NCBI RefSeq assembly: GCF_009557235.1
Contig: NZ_CP045650.1
Location: forward strand, 1,500,001 to 1,532,000
From: Acinetobacter wanghuae
Lineage (GTDB): Bacteria; Pseudomonadota; Gammaproteobacteria; Pseudomonadales; Moraxellaceae
DNA: 32,000 bases
Direction: 5' to 3'
Position numbers and translations under genes: made by a program
Notes under the pieces: model-generated
What the model saw: the letters and a program-made list of their open reading frames with translations, nothing else
Told to the model about the DNA's origin: nothing
Database searches by the model: none
Shown: piece by piece, positions 9,156 through 22,126 of the stretch
How positions within the stretch are numbered: position 1 is the first letter of the stretch
Layout: every line of letters starts with the position of its first letter

Positions 9156-9555
9156 ATGCTTTTTGAAATACGAAATGTGAGTTGATTCCAAGATAACAAC
9201 CCATCATTCAAGCATGAGATGCAATATTAAAACCAAGAAAAACACTCAAGTTAATACTTGAAATTTATTAATACCAAGTGTTTTAATCAAGTTTTAAAAT
9301 CATTAAAAATAATATTCAAACCATTTTAGTTGGTTATTTTAAACCATTAAATACAAGTGTTTTAGTCGGATTTAATATCAAACTCATTTAGAATAAATAA
9401 GAAAAATTATCATAATAAATATTGAGCATTAATTTTTATAATTAATTAAATTTCAATCACTTAAAAATATATAATTATTTAAACTGTCTCATCTATTTAT
9501 TTTAAAATTAATTTGTTTAATAATATGTAACAAGTGTTAAAAACAGGCTTATATC

Positions 9556-9747
9556 ATGAGCTTAGTTCCGAAAAATTTAAATCAAAAAGCGGTGCGCGAC
9601 ATCACTGTTATTTTAATTATCAAAATTTCATTACTTTTGGTGATTAAAAACATTTGGTTCGATGCACCCACCATTCCGAAGAATTTTGACTCTCAAGTTG
9701 CCGAGCGTATCGCAGGTAATCCATCCCAAATCAAGGAGACACGTTGA
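9556..9747 (+). CDS. cydP: Small membrane protein upstream of cydA (putative CydP-type cytochrome bd accessory subunit)
   Basis: 63 aa with one hydrophobic helix ([20 protein letters not shown]). Its stop overlaps the cydA ATG (TGATG at 9745-9749). The family name is recalled from memory and not verified. Confidence 0.55.
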   Translation: MSLVPKNLNQKAVRDITVILIIKISLLLVIKNIWFDAPTIPKNFDSQVAERIAGNPSQIKETR

Positions 9748-11333
9748 TGATTTCTGAAAGCGTGGTCGATCTGTCACGGTTCCAATTTGCAATGACCGCG
9801 ATGTATCACTTTATTTTTGTACCATTAACTTTAGGCATGGCTTTCCTTCTTGCCATTATGGAAACCACCTATGTGATTTCTGGCAAAGAAATTTACAAAG
9901 ACATGACCAAATTCTGGGGAAAGTTATTTGGTATTAACTTCGCTTTGGGTGTGACCACAGGTCTCACCATGGAATTCCAGTTTGGTACCAACTGGGCGTA
10001 TTATTCGCATTATGTGGGAGATATTTTTGGTGCTCCACTTGCGATTGAAGGCTTAATGGCATTCTTCCTCGAATCGACCTTTATCGGTTTATTCTTCTTT
10101 GGTTGGGATCGTTTGTCCAAAGTTCAGCATTTAGGTGTGACTTGGTTAGTGGCACTCGGCTCAAATATGTCTGCACTTTGGATTTTGGTTGCCAATGGTT
10201 GGATGCAAAACCCCGTCGGTTCTGCCTTTAACTATGAAACCATGCGTATGGAAATGGTAAGTTTTTCGGAACTGATCTTTAACCCTGTTGCTCAAGTGAA
10301 ATTTGTACATACTGTTTCCGCAGGTTATGTGACAGGTGCGGTATTCGTATTGGCGATCTCAAGTTACTACTTACTGAAAAAACGCGACTTACCGTTCGCA
10401 CGTCGTTCATTCGCGATTGCAGCCGTCTTTGGCTTGGCGTCTACACTTTCAGTCATTTTACTCGGTGATGAATCGGGTTATGAAATTGGTGATGTGCAAA
10501 AAACCAAACTTGCAGCCATTGAAGCCGAATGGGAAACAGAGCCAGCACCTGCTGCATTCACCCTATTTGGTTTTCCAAACCAAGAAACAATGCGCACAGA
10601 CTATGCCATTAAAATTCCTTATGCGATGGGTATTATTGCGACACGTTCTACAGATACCCAAGTGACTGGTATTAAAGACCTCATTACTGAGCATGAAGCA
10701 CGTATTCGTAACGGGATGGTAGCGTATTCACAATTAGAACAATTACGTGCGGGTGATACGTCTGATGAATTAAAAGCAGCATTCGCCGAATCACAAAAAG
10801 ACTTAGGCTATGGCTTACTTCTGAAAAAATACACACCCAATGTCGTCGATGCGTCTGAAGAACATATTAAAGCCGCAGCAAAAGATACGATTCCACATGT
10901 TCCAAGCTTATTCTGGGCATTCCGTGCCATGGTGGCTTCTGGTTTCTTAATGCTCCTTCTATTTGTACTGGCAACCTTTGCTGTGGCAAAACGCAATGCA
11001 GAAAACAAACCTTGGTTACTTCGCTTTGCACTGTATGGCTTACCTTTACCATGGATTGCAGCACAAACCGGTTGGTATGTGGCTGAAGTCGGCCGTCAAC
11101 CATGGACGATTGGCGAGGTACTACCTACACATTTGTCAGCATCAAGCTTAAGTACAGGTGATGTATGGGGCTCAATTATCGCGTTAGCATCGTTTTACAC
11201 AGTTTTATTGATTATTGAGATGTATCTCATGATCAAATTCTCACGCCTTGGCCCAAGTTCACTTCATACAGGTAAATACCACTTTGAAAAACTTGAAGCT
11301 GAAAAAAAGGCAAATGAGGAGATTCAAGCATGA
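9747..11333 (+). CDS. cydA: Cytochrome bd-I ubiquinol oxidase subunit I
   Basis: Near-colinear with E. coli CydA ([32 protein letters not shown]..., [13 protein letters not shown]). I prefer the ATG at 9747, with AAGGAG at 9733-9738, over the TTG at 9744. Confidence 0.97.
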   Translation: MISESVVDLSRFQFAMTAMYHFIFVPLTLGMAFLLAIMETTYVISGKEIYKDMTKFWGKLFGINFALGVTTGLTMEFQFGTNWAYYSHYVGDIFGAPLAIEGLMAFFLESTFIGLFFFGWDRLSKVQHLGVTWLVALGSNMSALWILVANGWMQNPVGSAFNYETMRMEMVSFSELIFNPVAQVKFVHTVSAGYVTGAVFVLAISSYYLLKKRDLPFARRSFAIAAVFGLASTLSVILLGDESGYEIGDVQKTKLAAIEAEWETEPAPAAFTLFGFPNQETMRTDYAIKIPYAMGIIATRSTDTQVTGIKDLITEHEARIRNGMVAYSQLEQLRAGDTSDELKAAFAESQKDLGYGLLLKKYTPNVVDASEEHIKAAAKDTIPHVPSLFWAFRAMVASGFLMLLLFVLATFAVAKRNAENKPWLLRFALYGLPLPWIAAQTGWYVAEVGRQPWTIGEVLPTHLSASSLSTGDVWGSIIALASFYTVLLIIEMYLMIKFSRLGPSSLHTGKYHFEKLEAEKKANEEIQA

Positions 11334-12475
11334 TTGAATATGAATTATTAAAAATCATTTGGTGGGTATTGGTGGGTGTCTTACTGATTGGCTTCGCCCT
11401 CACCGATGGCTTCGATATGGGCTCTATGGCCATCATGCCATTTGTCGGCAAAAACGATGATGAACGTCGTGCAGCAATCAATACCATTGCTCCGCATTGG
11501 GACGGCAACCAAGTGTGGTTCATTACCGCAGGTGGTGCTTTATTTGCTGCATGGCCGATGGTTTATGCCACTGCATTCTCAGGCATGTATTGGGCACTGC
11601 TGTTAGTTTTATTTGCCCTATTTTTACGTCCTGTCGGCTTCGACTATCGCTCAAAATTAGAAAATACCAAATGGCGTAACTCTTGGGATTGGGGTCTAGC
11701 GATTGGCGGTGCGGTTCCTGCACTCGTCTTTGGGGTTGCTTTTGGGAATATGTTCTTGGGTGTACCCTTTGTTTTAGATGAAACAGTACGTTCAACTTAT
11801 ACAGGCAGCTTTTTTGCACTTCTTAATCCGTTTGCCTTGATCTGTGGTCTCGTGAGCTTGTCGATGCTCTGTGCGCACGGTGGTGCTTGGCTCATGATTC
11901 GTACTGACGGTGCACTCCGTAAGCGCTCAGCCAAAGCAACTCAAATTATGGGAATGGTTTATCTGGTTACTTTCCTTGCTGCAGGTGCATGGTTGTACTT
12001 TGGCGGGATTCAAGGTTATACCTTGGTTCAACCGTTTGATACCAATGCTGTTGCCAATCCACTTGCGAAACAAGTATTAACAGATGCAAACCCAGGTTGG
12101 ATGAATAACTATACGACGTATCCAATCACAATGATTGCGCCAATGATGGGTATTTTAGGTGGTTTAATCGTGGTACTTGCTGCAGGCAAAAGTAAAGCAG
12201 GATTCAGCTTCCTAGGTTCATCTATGGCGGTCATCGGTGCGATCCTCACCGCAGGCTTCGCGCTCTTCCCATTCTTGATGCCATCAAGTCTTAATCCAAC
12301 GGTTAGCCTTACCATGTGGGATGCTGTCTCGAGTAAAAATACCCTCACCGTTATGACGATTGCTGCATGTATCTTTGTGCCGATTATTTTGTGCTACACC
12401 ACATGGTGCTATTACAAGATGTGGGGCGTCATTACCAATAAACACATTCAAGACAACACGCATAGCTTGTATTAA
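11330..12475 (+). CDS. cydB: Cytochrome bd-I ubiquinol oxidase subunit II
   Basis: 381 aa and polytopic, with typical CydB N-terminal ([16 protein letters not shown]) motifs. ATGA overlap with the cydA stop. Confidence 0.95.
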   Translation: MIEYELLKIIWWVLVGVLLIGFALTDGFDMGSMAIMPFVGKNDDERRAAINTIAPHWDGNQVWFITAGGALFAAWPMVYATAFSGMYWALLLVLFALFLRPVGFDYRSKLENTKWRNSWDWGLAIGGAVPALVFGVAFGNMFLGVPFVLDETVRSTYTGSFFALLNPFALICGLVSLSMLCAHGGAWLMIRTDGALRKRSAKATQIMGMVYLVTFLAAGAWLYFGGIQGYTLVQPFDTNAVANPLAKQVLTDANPGWMNNYTTYPITMIAPMMGILGGLIVVLAAGKSKAGFSFLGSSMAVIGAILTAGFALFPFLMPSSLNPTVSLTMWDAVSSKNTLTVMTIAACIFVPIILCYTTWCYYKMWGVITNKHIQDNTHSLY

Positions 12476-12499
12476 GCCTGTGTCTAAGGAGACGAAATT

Positions 12500-12601
12500 A
12501 TGTGGTATTTTGCTTGGATTTTAGGTGTATTGATGGCGTGTTTCGCAGGTGTACTCAGTGCACTTTACATCGAACATCATCAAGATTTAGATGAGGAATA
12601 A
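12500..12601 (+). CDS. cydX: Cytochrome bd-I oxidase small subunit CydX (33 aa)
   Basis: Not in the ORF track because it is too short. My translation is MWYFAWILGVLMACFAGVLSALYIEHHQDLDEE*. The first eight residues MWYFAWIL are identical to E. coli CydX. AAGGAG lies at 12486-12491. Confidence 0.85.
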   Translation: MWYFAWILGVLMACFAGVLSALYIEHHQDLDEE

Positions 12602-12604
12602 ACC

Positions 12605-12907
12605 ATGACCGATGCTGCAACTGAAGCCCCAGTGACTGATCAAAAATCCAATGCCTTTGCAATGGTGATTTCATGCATATTGGCATTCCCACTTGCAGCT
12701 GTGTTATTGGTTCACCCTGCTGCAATGCTTAATGCGGATGGTAGCTATAGCCATAGTGCAATGATGTATATCATGATTGGCATTTCAGGTGGTTTTATCC
12801 ATGGCGTCGGTTTTGTGCCGCGCCATTGGTTTTGGAAATGGCTTTTTAGTCCATTTTTATCATGGCCGTTGATGCTCTGGGGCTATTACACTTGGTTCCT
12901 GCATTAA
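12605..12907 (+). CDS. ybgE: cyd operon protein YbgE
   Basis: 100-aa membrane protein starting 3 nt after cydX. The motif IHGVGFVPR matches E. coli YbgE (IHGVGFRPQ), and it occupies the same operon position. Confidence 0.8.
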   Translation: MTDAATEAPVTDQKSNAFAMVISCILAFPLAAVLLVHPAAMLNADGSYSHSAMMYIMIGISGGFIHGVGFVPRHWFWKWLFSPFLSWPLMLWGYYTWFLH

Positions 12908-12924
12908 ACTCATCTTTAAATATG

Positions 12925-12949
12925 AAAGCCCTCAGTTGAGGGCTTTTTT
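12925..12949 (+). terminator. Rho-independent terminator of the cyd operon
   Basis: AAAGCCCTC-AGTT-GAGGGCTTTTTT. Confidence 0.85.
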
Positions 12950-13084
12950 CTACATAATCAATAAATTTCATCTATCCATTCTAAAGTTTAAACACTTATC
13001 TCTATTTATTGAGTTAAAGCTATCCGTCCTACAGAAAAAAGCGCTAGACTCTTGTTTTATATTCAATTTACATTAGATATCCCA

Positions 13085-13387
13085 ATGTTTGATCAATTCG
13101 TTAATAAAGTAAAACAAGCCTTACCACAAATGAGTCCTGAACTATGGAAACAACATGGCAGCACAATTGAAACCCTTGTCGTGGATAACTTACTGAATAT
13201 CGCTGAAGATAAGCTTATTAATGACAGTGATATTCGCGCTGTGATTGCAAAAGTTTATGAATTATTACCTACGCCTGTGCGCTTAGTTTTACCCCGAGAC
13301 ACCATCATTGATAAAATTCTAGAACAAAAGACACCCATTTTAGCGAAAGTTGCAAGCGCACGTGAAAAACGTAAAAGAGAGGCTTAA
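13085..13387 (+). CDS. Hypothetical cytoplasmic protein
   Basis: 100 aa from the ATG at 13085; the ORF track starts at a TTG at 13052. I recognise no motif. The C-terminus is basic (REKRKREA). Confidence 0.45.
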   Translation: MFDQFVNKVKQALPQMSPELWKQHGSTIETLVVDNLLNIAEDKLINDSDIRAVIAKVYELLPTPVRLVLPRDTIIDKILEQKTPILAKVASAREKRKREA

Positions 13388-13752
13388 TTCGTTTTAGATT
13401 TCAGCTGAGCTTTACAGCCAGTTTCATAGCTTGTACCTAATTCAGCCAATGACTGTTTAAATCCATCATCTAATTGGCTGACAAAAGCATATTCTTCTTG
13501 TGCAAATGCCAAATGTTGATTCTTCTTAGAAAAAGCTTTGAGATTTTTGAGTGATGTCGAATAGGCACATGCTTTTTCAATCAAAATTGAAGGATGCTGT
13601 TTCTGGTCTAATGCTTGATTTAAGTCTGCTAGCTTTAATTCAGCATCTGCATAATACACTTTGTTTTGTTGTTTAAATTGCTCTATTTTAAGCGGTGCAG
13701 CCGAAAGATTCTGGCTGATGAGAACCATCAGCACACCCCATATTGTCTTCAT
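13384..13752 (-). CDS. Hypothetical exported protein
   Basis: 122 aa with an N-terminal signal-like segment (MKTIWGVLMVLISQNLSAAP) and two Cys. Convergent with the previous ORF, overlapping it by 4 nt. Confidence 0.5.
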   Translation of the reverse strand: MKTIWGVLMVLISQNLSAAPLKIEQFKQQNKVYYADAELKLADLNQALDQKQHPSILIEKACAYSTSLKNLKAFSKKNQHLAFAQEEYAFVSQLDDGFKQSLAELGTSYETGCKAQLKSKTN

Positions 13753-13806
13753 TTTTACATCCTAATTTTTGTTTATTGATTGATTTATAACACATCAAAA
13801 TGCATT

Positions 13807-13835
13807 AAAAAAGCCAGCAAATAGCTGGCTTTTTT
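13807..13835 (-). terminator. Rho-independent terminator after rodA (symmetrical A6-stem-T6)
   Basis: AAAAAAGCCAGC-AAATA-GCTGGCTTTTTT, 12 nt downstream of the rodA stop. Confidence 0.8.
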
Positions 13836-13847
13836 ATAAGAGTTTAA

Positions 13848-14984
13848 TTAGCGATGAGTATGAATCGACATCACAATTCCCATACCTGCAAGCATGGAAA
13901 TGACTGCTGTACCGCCATAACTCATCAATGGCAATGGGTCACCCGTTACCGGTAAAATCCCACTCACCATCCCTGAGTTTAAAAAGACAAAGAAGAAGAA
14001 TGTAAGTGCAATCGCACCTGCATAAAGTCGCCCAAAGTTATGAAAACTCTGTAAACCAATAATCAAGCAACGAATAATAATGGCAGCAAACAAACTAAAT
14101 AGTAAAAACACCCCAATAAAGCCGAATTCTTCAGCATAAGTCGACATGATAAAGTCAGTATGATGTTCAGGCAGATACCCTAAATGCGACTGTGTCCCTT
14201 GTGAATATCCTTTACCGGTCGTACCACCAGAACCAATGGCAATTTTAGACTGGATAATATTCCAACCCGCGCCTAAAGCATCTGACTCTGGATCAAATAA
14301 AGTGAGAATACGTTTCTTTTGATATTCTTGCAGCAAGAACATCCAAAGTATAGGCGCTGCCACTGCAAAGGCTGTGAACGCCCCTAAGATGAGTCGCCAC
14401 GACATCCCACTTAAAAATAAAACAAAAATACCCGGAATCACTAAGCCAATATTTAAATCGGGTTGCAATGCGACCAGAACGAAAGGCACACCCAAAATCA
14501 CTAAAGAAATCAGAATATGAATTAGCTTCGGTGGGAATGGCTTACGTGAGAAATACCATGCCATCATCAACGGCATCGCAAACTTCATGACTTCACTCGG
14601 TTGCATACTACCAATGCCGGGCAAAGTAATCCAACGCTTTGCCCCTAAGCGTGTTTCGCCAATCACAAAGACCAGCAACAGCATAAAGATGCCGAACAGA
14701 TAGAGATAAGGACTAATCGCTTGATAGACTTTTGGTGGCACTTGCGCGCACAAAAACATGATAATAAAGCCCGCGCCAAAGCTAATCGCTTGACGAATGA
14801 CCATCCCTGAGTTTTCAGCAGTCGCACTGTACACCACCATCAAACCCAAGGCTGCGTTCAACAACAGAAAACAAAGTAACCATGGATCGAGATGTAATTT
14901 CATCCATCTTGAAGAATCGTGTTTTATACTCAAGCCATCTCGTGCGGAGTGGCGTAAAAAACGATACTGCTGTGAAGGGATCAT
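13848..14984 (-). CDS. rodA: Peptidoglycan glycosyltransferase RodA (SEDS family)
   Basis: Polytopic FtsW/RodA/SpoVE-type sequence (LDPWLL..., GAKRWI, QPSEVMKFA, the ...PEHHTDFI... motif, LPLMSYGG). I chose the ATG (MIPSQQYRF...), giving 378 aa. The ORF track's GTG at 15035 is a possible alternative start. Confidence 0.9.
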   Translation of the reverse strand: MIPSQQYRFLRHSARDGLSIKHDSSRWMKLHLDPWLLCFLLLNAALGLMVVYSATAENSGMVIRQAISFGAGFIIMFLCAQVPPKVYQAISPYLYLFGIFMLLLVFVIGETRLGAKRWITLPGIGSMQPSEVMKFAMPLMMAWYFSRKPFPPKLIHILISLVILGVPFVLVALQPDLNIGLVIPGIFVLFLSGMSWRLILGAFTAFAVAAPILWMFLLQEYQKKRILTLFDPESDALGAGWNIIQSKIAIGSGGTTGKGYSQGTQSHLGYLPEHHTDFIMSTYAEEFGFIGVFLLFSLFAAIIIRCLIIGLQSFHNFGRLYAGAIALTFFFFVFLNSGMVSGILPVTGDPLPLMSYGGTAVISMLAGMGIVMSIHTHR

Positions 14985-15080
14985 GGGGCGAAAGCTATCA
15001 AAATTAACAATGTCGAAATTATAAGTTAAAGCCACAGAGAATAAATCGCTATGGCTAAATTAAATGTGCTTTTTAATGCA

Positions 15081-15797
15081 TTATTGTGCTGTCTGTGCCG
15101 ACAAAATTAATTTAGCAAGATCCAAGTCTTCAGCGTAGGTAATTTTAATATTGTCTGAACGACCTGCCACCACACTCACTTTTTCACCAATATGCTCAAG
15201 CGCACTGGCTTCATCAGTAATAGTTGCACCATCGACTAATGCCTGCTGAATGGCTTTTTTAAGCGTGCCTAATTGAGCGATTTGCGGGGTTTGCGCTTGC
15301 CATAATGTTGAACGATCAACAGTTGCTTGGATCTCCGTCCCAACAGCCACTCGTTTTAACGTATCACGCACAGGAATGGCTAAAATAGCGGCTTGATTTT
15401 GCTCAATAGCGGTATTGACTAAATTTTCTAGGCAATCAAGGCTGACACATGGACGTGCAGCATCATGTACAAAGACCCAATCATCGTCACTAGCGATACA
15501 AGATAAATACTCAAGCGCATTTAATACCGAGTGGACGCGTTCCTGCCCACCCAAACAAAAATATGCTTTTTCAATATTGGAAAATGCCAAGGTTTGAGCA
15601 ACATCATCTTTTTCATTAATTGCCAATACATAACCAGTAAGTGGTAATTGATTGAGACGCGCCACGGTATGTTCAAGAACTGTTTGTCCTTGAATTATTT
15701 GATATTGTTTGAGTTCAGTTTTAGAAAAACGACTACCCGAGCCTGCTGCCGGAATAATCGCCCAAAGCTTATGGTGTGGCTGGAGCATCATCTTCAT
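15081..15797 (-). CDS. ispD: 2-C-methyl-D-erythritol 4-phosphate cytidylyltransferase
   Basis: 238 aa, with AIIPAAGSGSRF, VHDAARPC and TDEASALE motifs. Its 5' end overlaps ftsB by 29 nt. The start could instead be one of the internal Met codons at 15791 or 15788. Confidence 0.9.
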   Translation of the reverse strand: MKMMLQPHHKLWAIIPAAGSGSRFSKTELKQYQIIQGQTVLEHTVARLNQLPLTGYVLAINEKDDVAQTLAFSNIEKAYFCLGGQERVHSVLNALEYLSCIASDDDWVFVHDAARPCVSLDCLENLVNTAIEQNQAAILAIPVRDTLKRVAVGTEIQATVDRSTLWQAQTPQIAQLGTLKKAIQQALVDGATITDEASALEHIGEKVSVVAGRSDNIKITYAEDLDLAKLILSAQTAQ

Positions 15798-16158
15798 TGG
15801 TACGCAAATCTACTTTAGCGTTGGGATCGATATAAATCGGATTATATTGAGTACTAATGGTGCTCATTTGAATAAAGGTTTCATGCGGTTTAATCAGACC
15901 GAGGTCCAATCGTGCATGTTCTTCGATGGCTTCAATACCATTCTTTAAATCGTAGACTTCTGCTGCAAGAACGCGATTACGCTCTTTTAAATCTGTATTG
16001 AGTTCAATCTGTTGTTGAATTTTTTGAGTCAGTTTTTGGTGTTCCTGATGACCACCCTCACCGAACCAATATAAATATTGAAACCCTGCGATCAAAATGA
16101 TCGCAAGGCCCAACAGTACTTTACTCGATTTCGAGTCGAATACATCTAGCATAAACAT
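15769..16158 (-). CDS. ftsB: Cell division protein FtsB
   Basis: 129 aa: an N-terminal TM helix, a coiled-coil/leucine-zipper region, then IEEHARLDLGLIKPHETF, typical of FtsB. It lies in the conserved eno-ftsB-ispD position. Confidence 0.88.
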   Translation of the reverse strand: MFMLDVFDSKSSKVLLGLAIILIAGFQYLYWFGEGGHQEHQKLTQKIQQQIELNTDLKERNRVLAAEVYDLKNGIEAIEEHARLDLGLIKPHETFIQMSTISTQYNPIYIDPNAKVDLRTNEDDAPATP

Positions 16159-16164
16159 GAGTGC

Positions 16165-17472
<1,308 letters not shown>

Positions 17473-17501
17473 TTAAAAGAGCTGCGTTTTAAAGGCAGCT
17501 C
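17473..17501 (-). terminator. Hairpin between kdsA and eno (weak terminator or attenuator)
   Basis: On the minus strand GAGCTGC-N9-GCAGCTC is followed by TTTTAATT. The short U-tract suggests partial termination at most. Confidence 0.4.
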
Positions 17502-17515
17502 AAGGGGATATAATC

Positions 17516-18373
<858 letters not shown>

Positions 18374-18405
18374 TTAAACTTTCCTAGTTGTGTCCTACAC
18401 ATCTA

Positions 18406-20112
<1,707 letters not shown>

Positions 20113-20228
20113 CTATAAAGCAAAGTCAATCCGCATCAATTCAAAGAACAATAAACAATTGGCTATTCTAACAGCATTTCTTTGAAAAATTTAGGCTAAG
20201 TTTCTGTGATTTCCATCTTGCAATTTAC

Positions 20229-20237
20229 TGCTATAAT
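20229..20237 (+). promoter_or_regulatory. Candidate extended -10 promoter element (TGcTATAAT) for the lipoprotein gene
   Basis: TGCTATAAT at 20229-20237, 34 nt upstream of the ATG at 20271. There is no good -35 element at 17-bp spacing. Confidence 0.3.
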
Positions 20238-20270
20238 GCGCTAATCCAATCCACACTCTCGTTAGATGCA

Positions 20271-20717
20271 ATGATGAATAAGAAACTTTTAATCTGCGGT
20301 GCACTTGCAACCGGACTTTTACTGACTGCATGTGTAAAAAAAGAAGCACCTAAGGAAGATGAACAGGAACAAACTGTTGAGAAGACAGAACAACAACCTC
20401 AGCAAAGCGTTGAGATTGAGCCTGTTGAAATTGAAGAAGTTGAAGAAGCGCCGACACGCGTGGAAATTGAACAGCAAGAATCAAACAACACCTCAGCAAC
20501 CATTCGTCGTGAATATCGTGATGTCCCTGCTGAACAGCCTGCGGCTCAAGTGGCAAGCCCTGCACCAACACGTTCTGAACCCGCGCGTTCTGAAACTGTA
20601 GAAGCAAAGCCTAAAGCAGAAGTCAAAGCACCTGAACCTAAAGCGTCAAGCACGACTGCTCAAAGTGAAGATGATGCTGTGGCGGCTGCGATTGCTGCTG
20701 CAACACCAGCACTTTAA
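20271..20717 (+). CDS. Lipoprotein with a low-complexity E/P/A/K-rich (probably disordered) body
   Basis: Signal peptide plus lipobox: MMNKKLLICGALATGLLLTA/C. The rest is compositionally biased, with short internal repeats (VEIEPVEIEEVEE; RSEPARSE; KPKAEVKAPEPKA). Confidence 0.7.
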   Translation: MMNKKLLICGALATGLLLTACVKKEAPKEDEQEQTVEKTEQQPQQSVEIEPVEIEEVEEAPTRVEIEQQESNNTSATIRREYRDVPAEQPAAQVASPAPTRSEPARSETVEAKPKAEVKAPEPKASSTTAQSEDDAVAAAIAAATPAL

Positions 20718-20739
20718 GCACATCCTATTCTCATATTAT

Positions 20740-20772
20740 AAATCTGAGCGGAAGTCATTTCTGCTCAGATTT
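20740..20772 (+). terminator. Hairpin after the lipoprotein gene (10-bp stem, 13-nt loop)
   Basis: AAATCTGAGC-N13-GCTCAGATTT, 23 nt after the stop. The T-run is short. Confidence 0.45.
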
Positions 20773-20953
20773 GACCTACTTTCAATAAATACCTTCCTTT
20801 TTATTCTCTTTAAATTTCAAAGCTTTATACTGTGATCTATCCAACAATAGCTTCCATAATAAAATCAATACGCTTTTGAATTCTGATACAAGCACTCGCT
20901 AAATTTTAGAGCTTCCCATCTCGCAGATTTAATTAAAGCAAATAGCACTAAAT

Positions 20954-22045
20954 CTATGCTGAGTACTGCTTAAAATAATCTGCCATTAAGCGCGATGCCC
21001 ATGATTCAGTATGCACAAAGCCCTCGTAAAATCCGCAGTGACTGCCTTTCTTAGTGGTCACTACCATAATATTCGGCATGGTTTGAATTACATTTTTATA
21101 AGGCTCAAAGTTTTGAATGTGACAGACAGGATCATCTTCGGCATTTAAAATCATCAATGGAATTTTGACATTTTCAAAAACATAAATGGGATTGGTGGCT
21201 TGAGTATAAGCATCGTAATTATCGTAGCCGGCAAATTTAAAGTAACGCTGCTCAAACTCTGCCAAATTTTGTGACAATAAAATCTCTTGCCAAGCTGGAA
21301 TACTCTGCCAAGTCGATTGATAAGGTTGAATGAATTTTTTAACCAGTTTTTTCGCCATGACTTTGCTATAAAAAGGATGGACATTGGCAAAACCCGTTTC
21401 AGTGTTATAGCCTGGGCATAAGGCAAATGCTGCTTTAAATGGGGTATTCTCACCCTCCTCGCCCAAATAACGTACCAATAATCCTGTACCTGCCGACGAG
21501 CCGACTGCATATAAATCTGATTCTGGAAATTTTTCTTCGATATAAAGCAATTGTTCACGCAAATCTTGCGTTGAACCAAACAGATTCATTTGTGGCACAG
21601 GCATCGGTAAATTGGCATGCCCACGGCGCAAACATAAAGCAATACGCCAACCGTTATAACGATTTAAATCGCGAACCAACTCACGCATTGAATCAGGCGT
21701 TCCGGTAATGGTATGTAACAAAACAATCGTTGGGGTATCTTTCGGTAAATTCAAACCAAACCATGCAATCGCAGTGATCCCACCATCCGACATTTTCAAT
21801 TGTTCGATCGCGTCATATTTTAATTGAATTGATTTCTTTTTAATGAGATCAAAATACAAAATATGTGCATGTGGATTTGAAAGCCACGGTGTCGGACGAT
21901 ATTTGGACTTGAGTTGTGGCAAGGTATGGCTTAAATGCTGAAAAGCACCATCAGGTTGATAATATAGCTTGGGTATATCTGAGCCAATCAAGCGATCTAA
22001 ATATTGAGCAGACACTTGAGTTAACTTTTCAAACCAAACTTTCAT
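20954..22045 (-). CDS. Alpha/beta hydrolase, YheT/ABHD1-3-like family
   Basis: 363 aa, with PTIVLLH..TG, the nucleophile elbow GSSAG, NAEDDPV and GSHCGF. Order and spacing follow the YheT-type esterase pattern. Confidence 0.8.
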   Translation of the reverse strand: MKVWFEKLTQVSAQYLDRLIGSDIPKLYYQPDGAFQHLSHTLPQLKSKYRPTPWLSNPHAHILYFDLIKKKSIQLKYDAIEQLKMSDGGITAIAWFGLNLPKDTPTIVLLHTITGTPDSMRELVRDLNRYNGWRIALCLRRGHANLPMPVPQMNLFGSTQDLREQLLYIEEKFPESDLYAVGSSAGTGLLVRYLGEEGENTPFKAAFALCPGYNTETGFANVHPFYSKVMAKKLVKKFIQPYQSTWQSIPAWQEILLSQNLAEFEQRYFKFAGYDNYDAYTQATNPIYVFENVKIPLMILNAEDDPVCHIQNFEPYKNVIQTMPNIMVVTTKKGSHCGFYEGFVHTESWASRLMADYFKQYSA

Positions 22046-22126
22046 TTATCCAACCTCTACGTTTATGTAGCCTTCAGCATGAGCCGATCTCAGTCGAACT
22101 TCAAGTCACTATTACAAAGCCGTGGC

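Noticed and set aside
9182-9197. A possible FNR/ANR site in the cyd leader (TTGATTCCAAGATAA).
   Set aside because: Only the left half-site TTGAT matches. The right half (AGATA) does not resemble ATCAA.
21154-21579. A 141-aa ORF on the minus strand, in an alternative frame inside the YheT-like hydrolase gene.
   Set aside because: It is nested in a gene whose own frame carries the GSSAG, Asp and His catalytic motifs. The alternative frame has no recognisable features.
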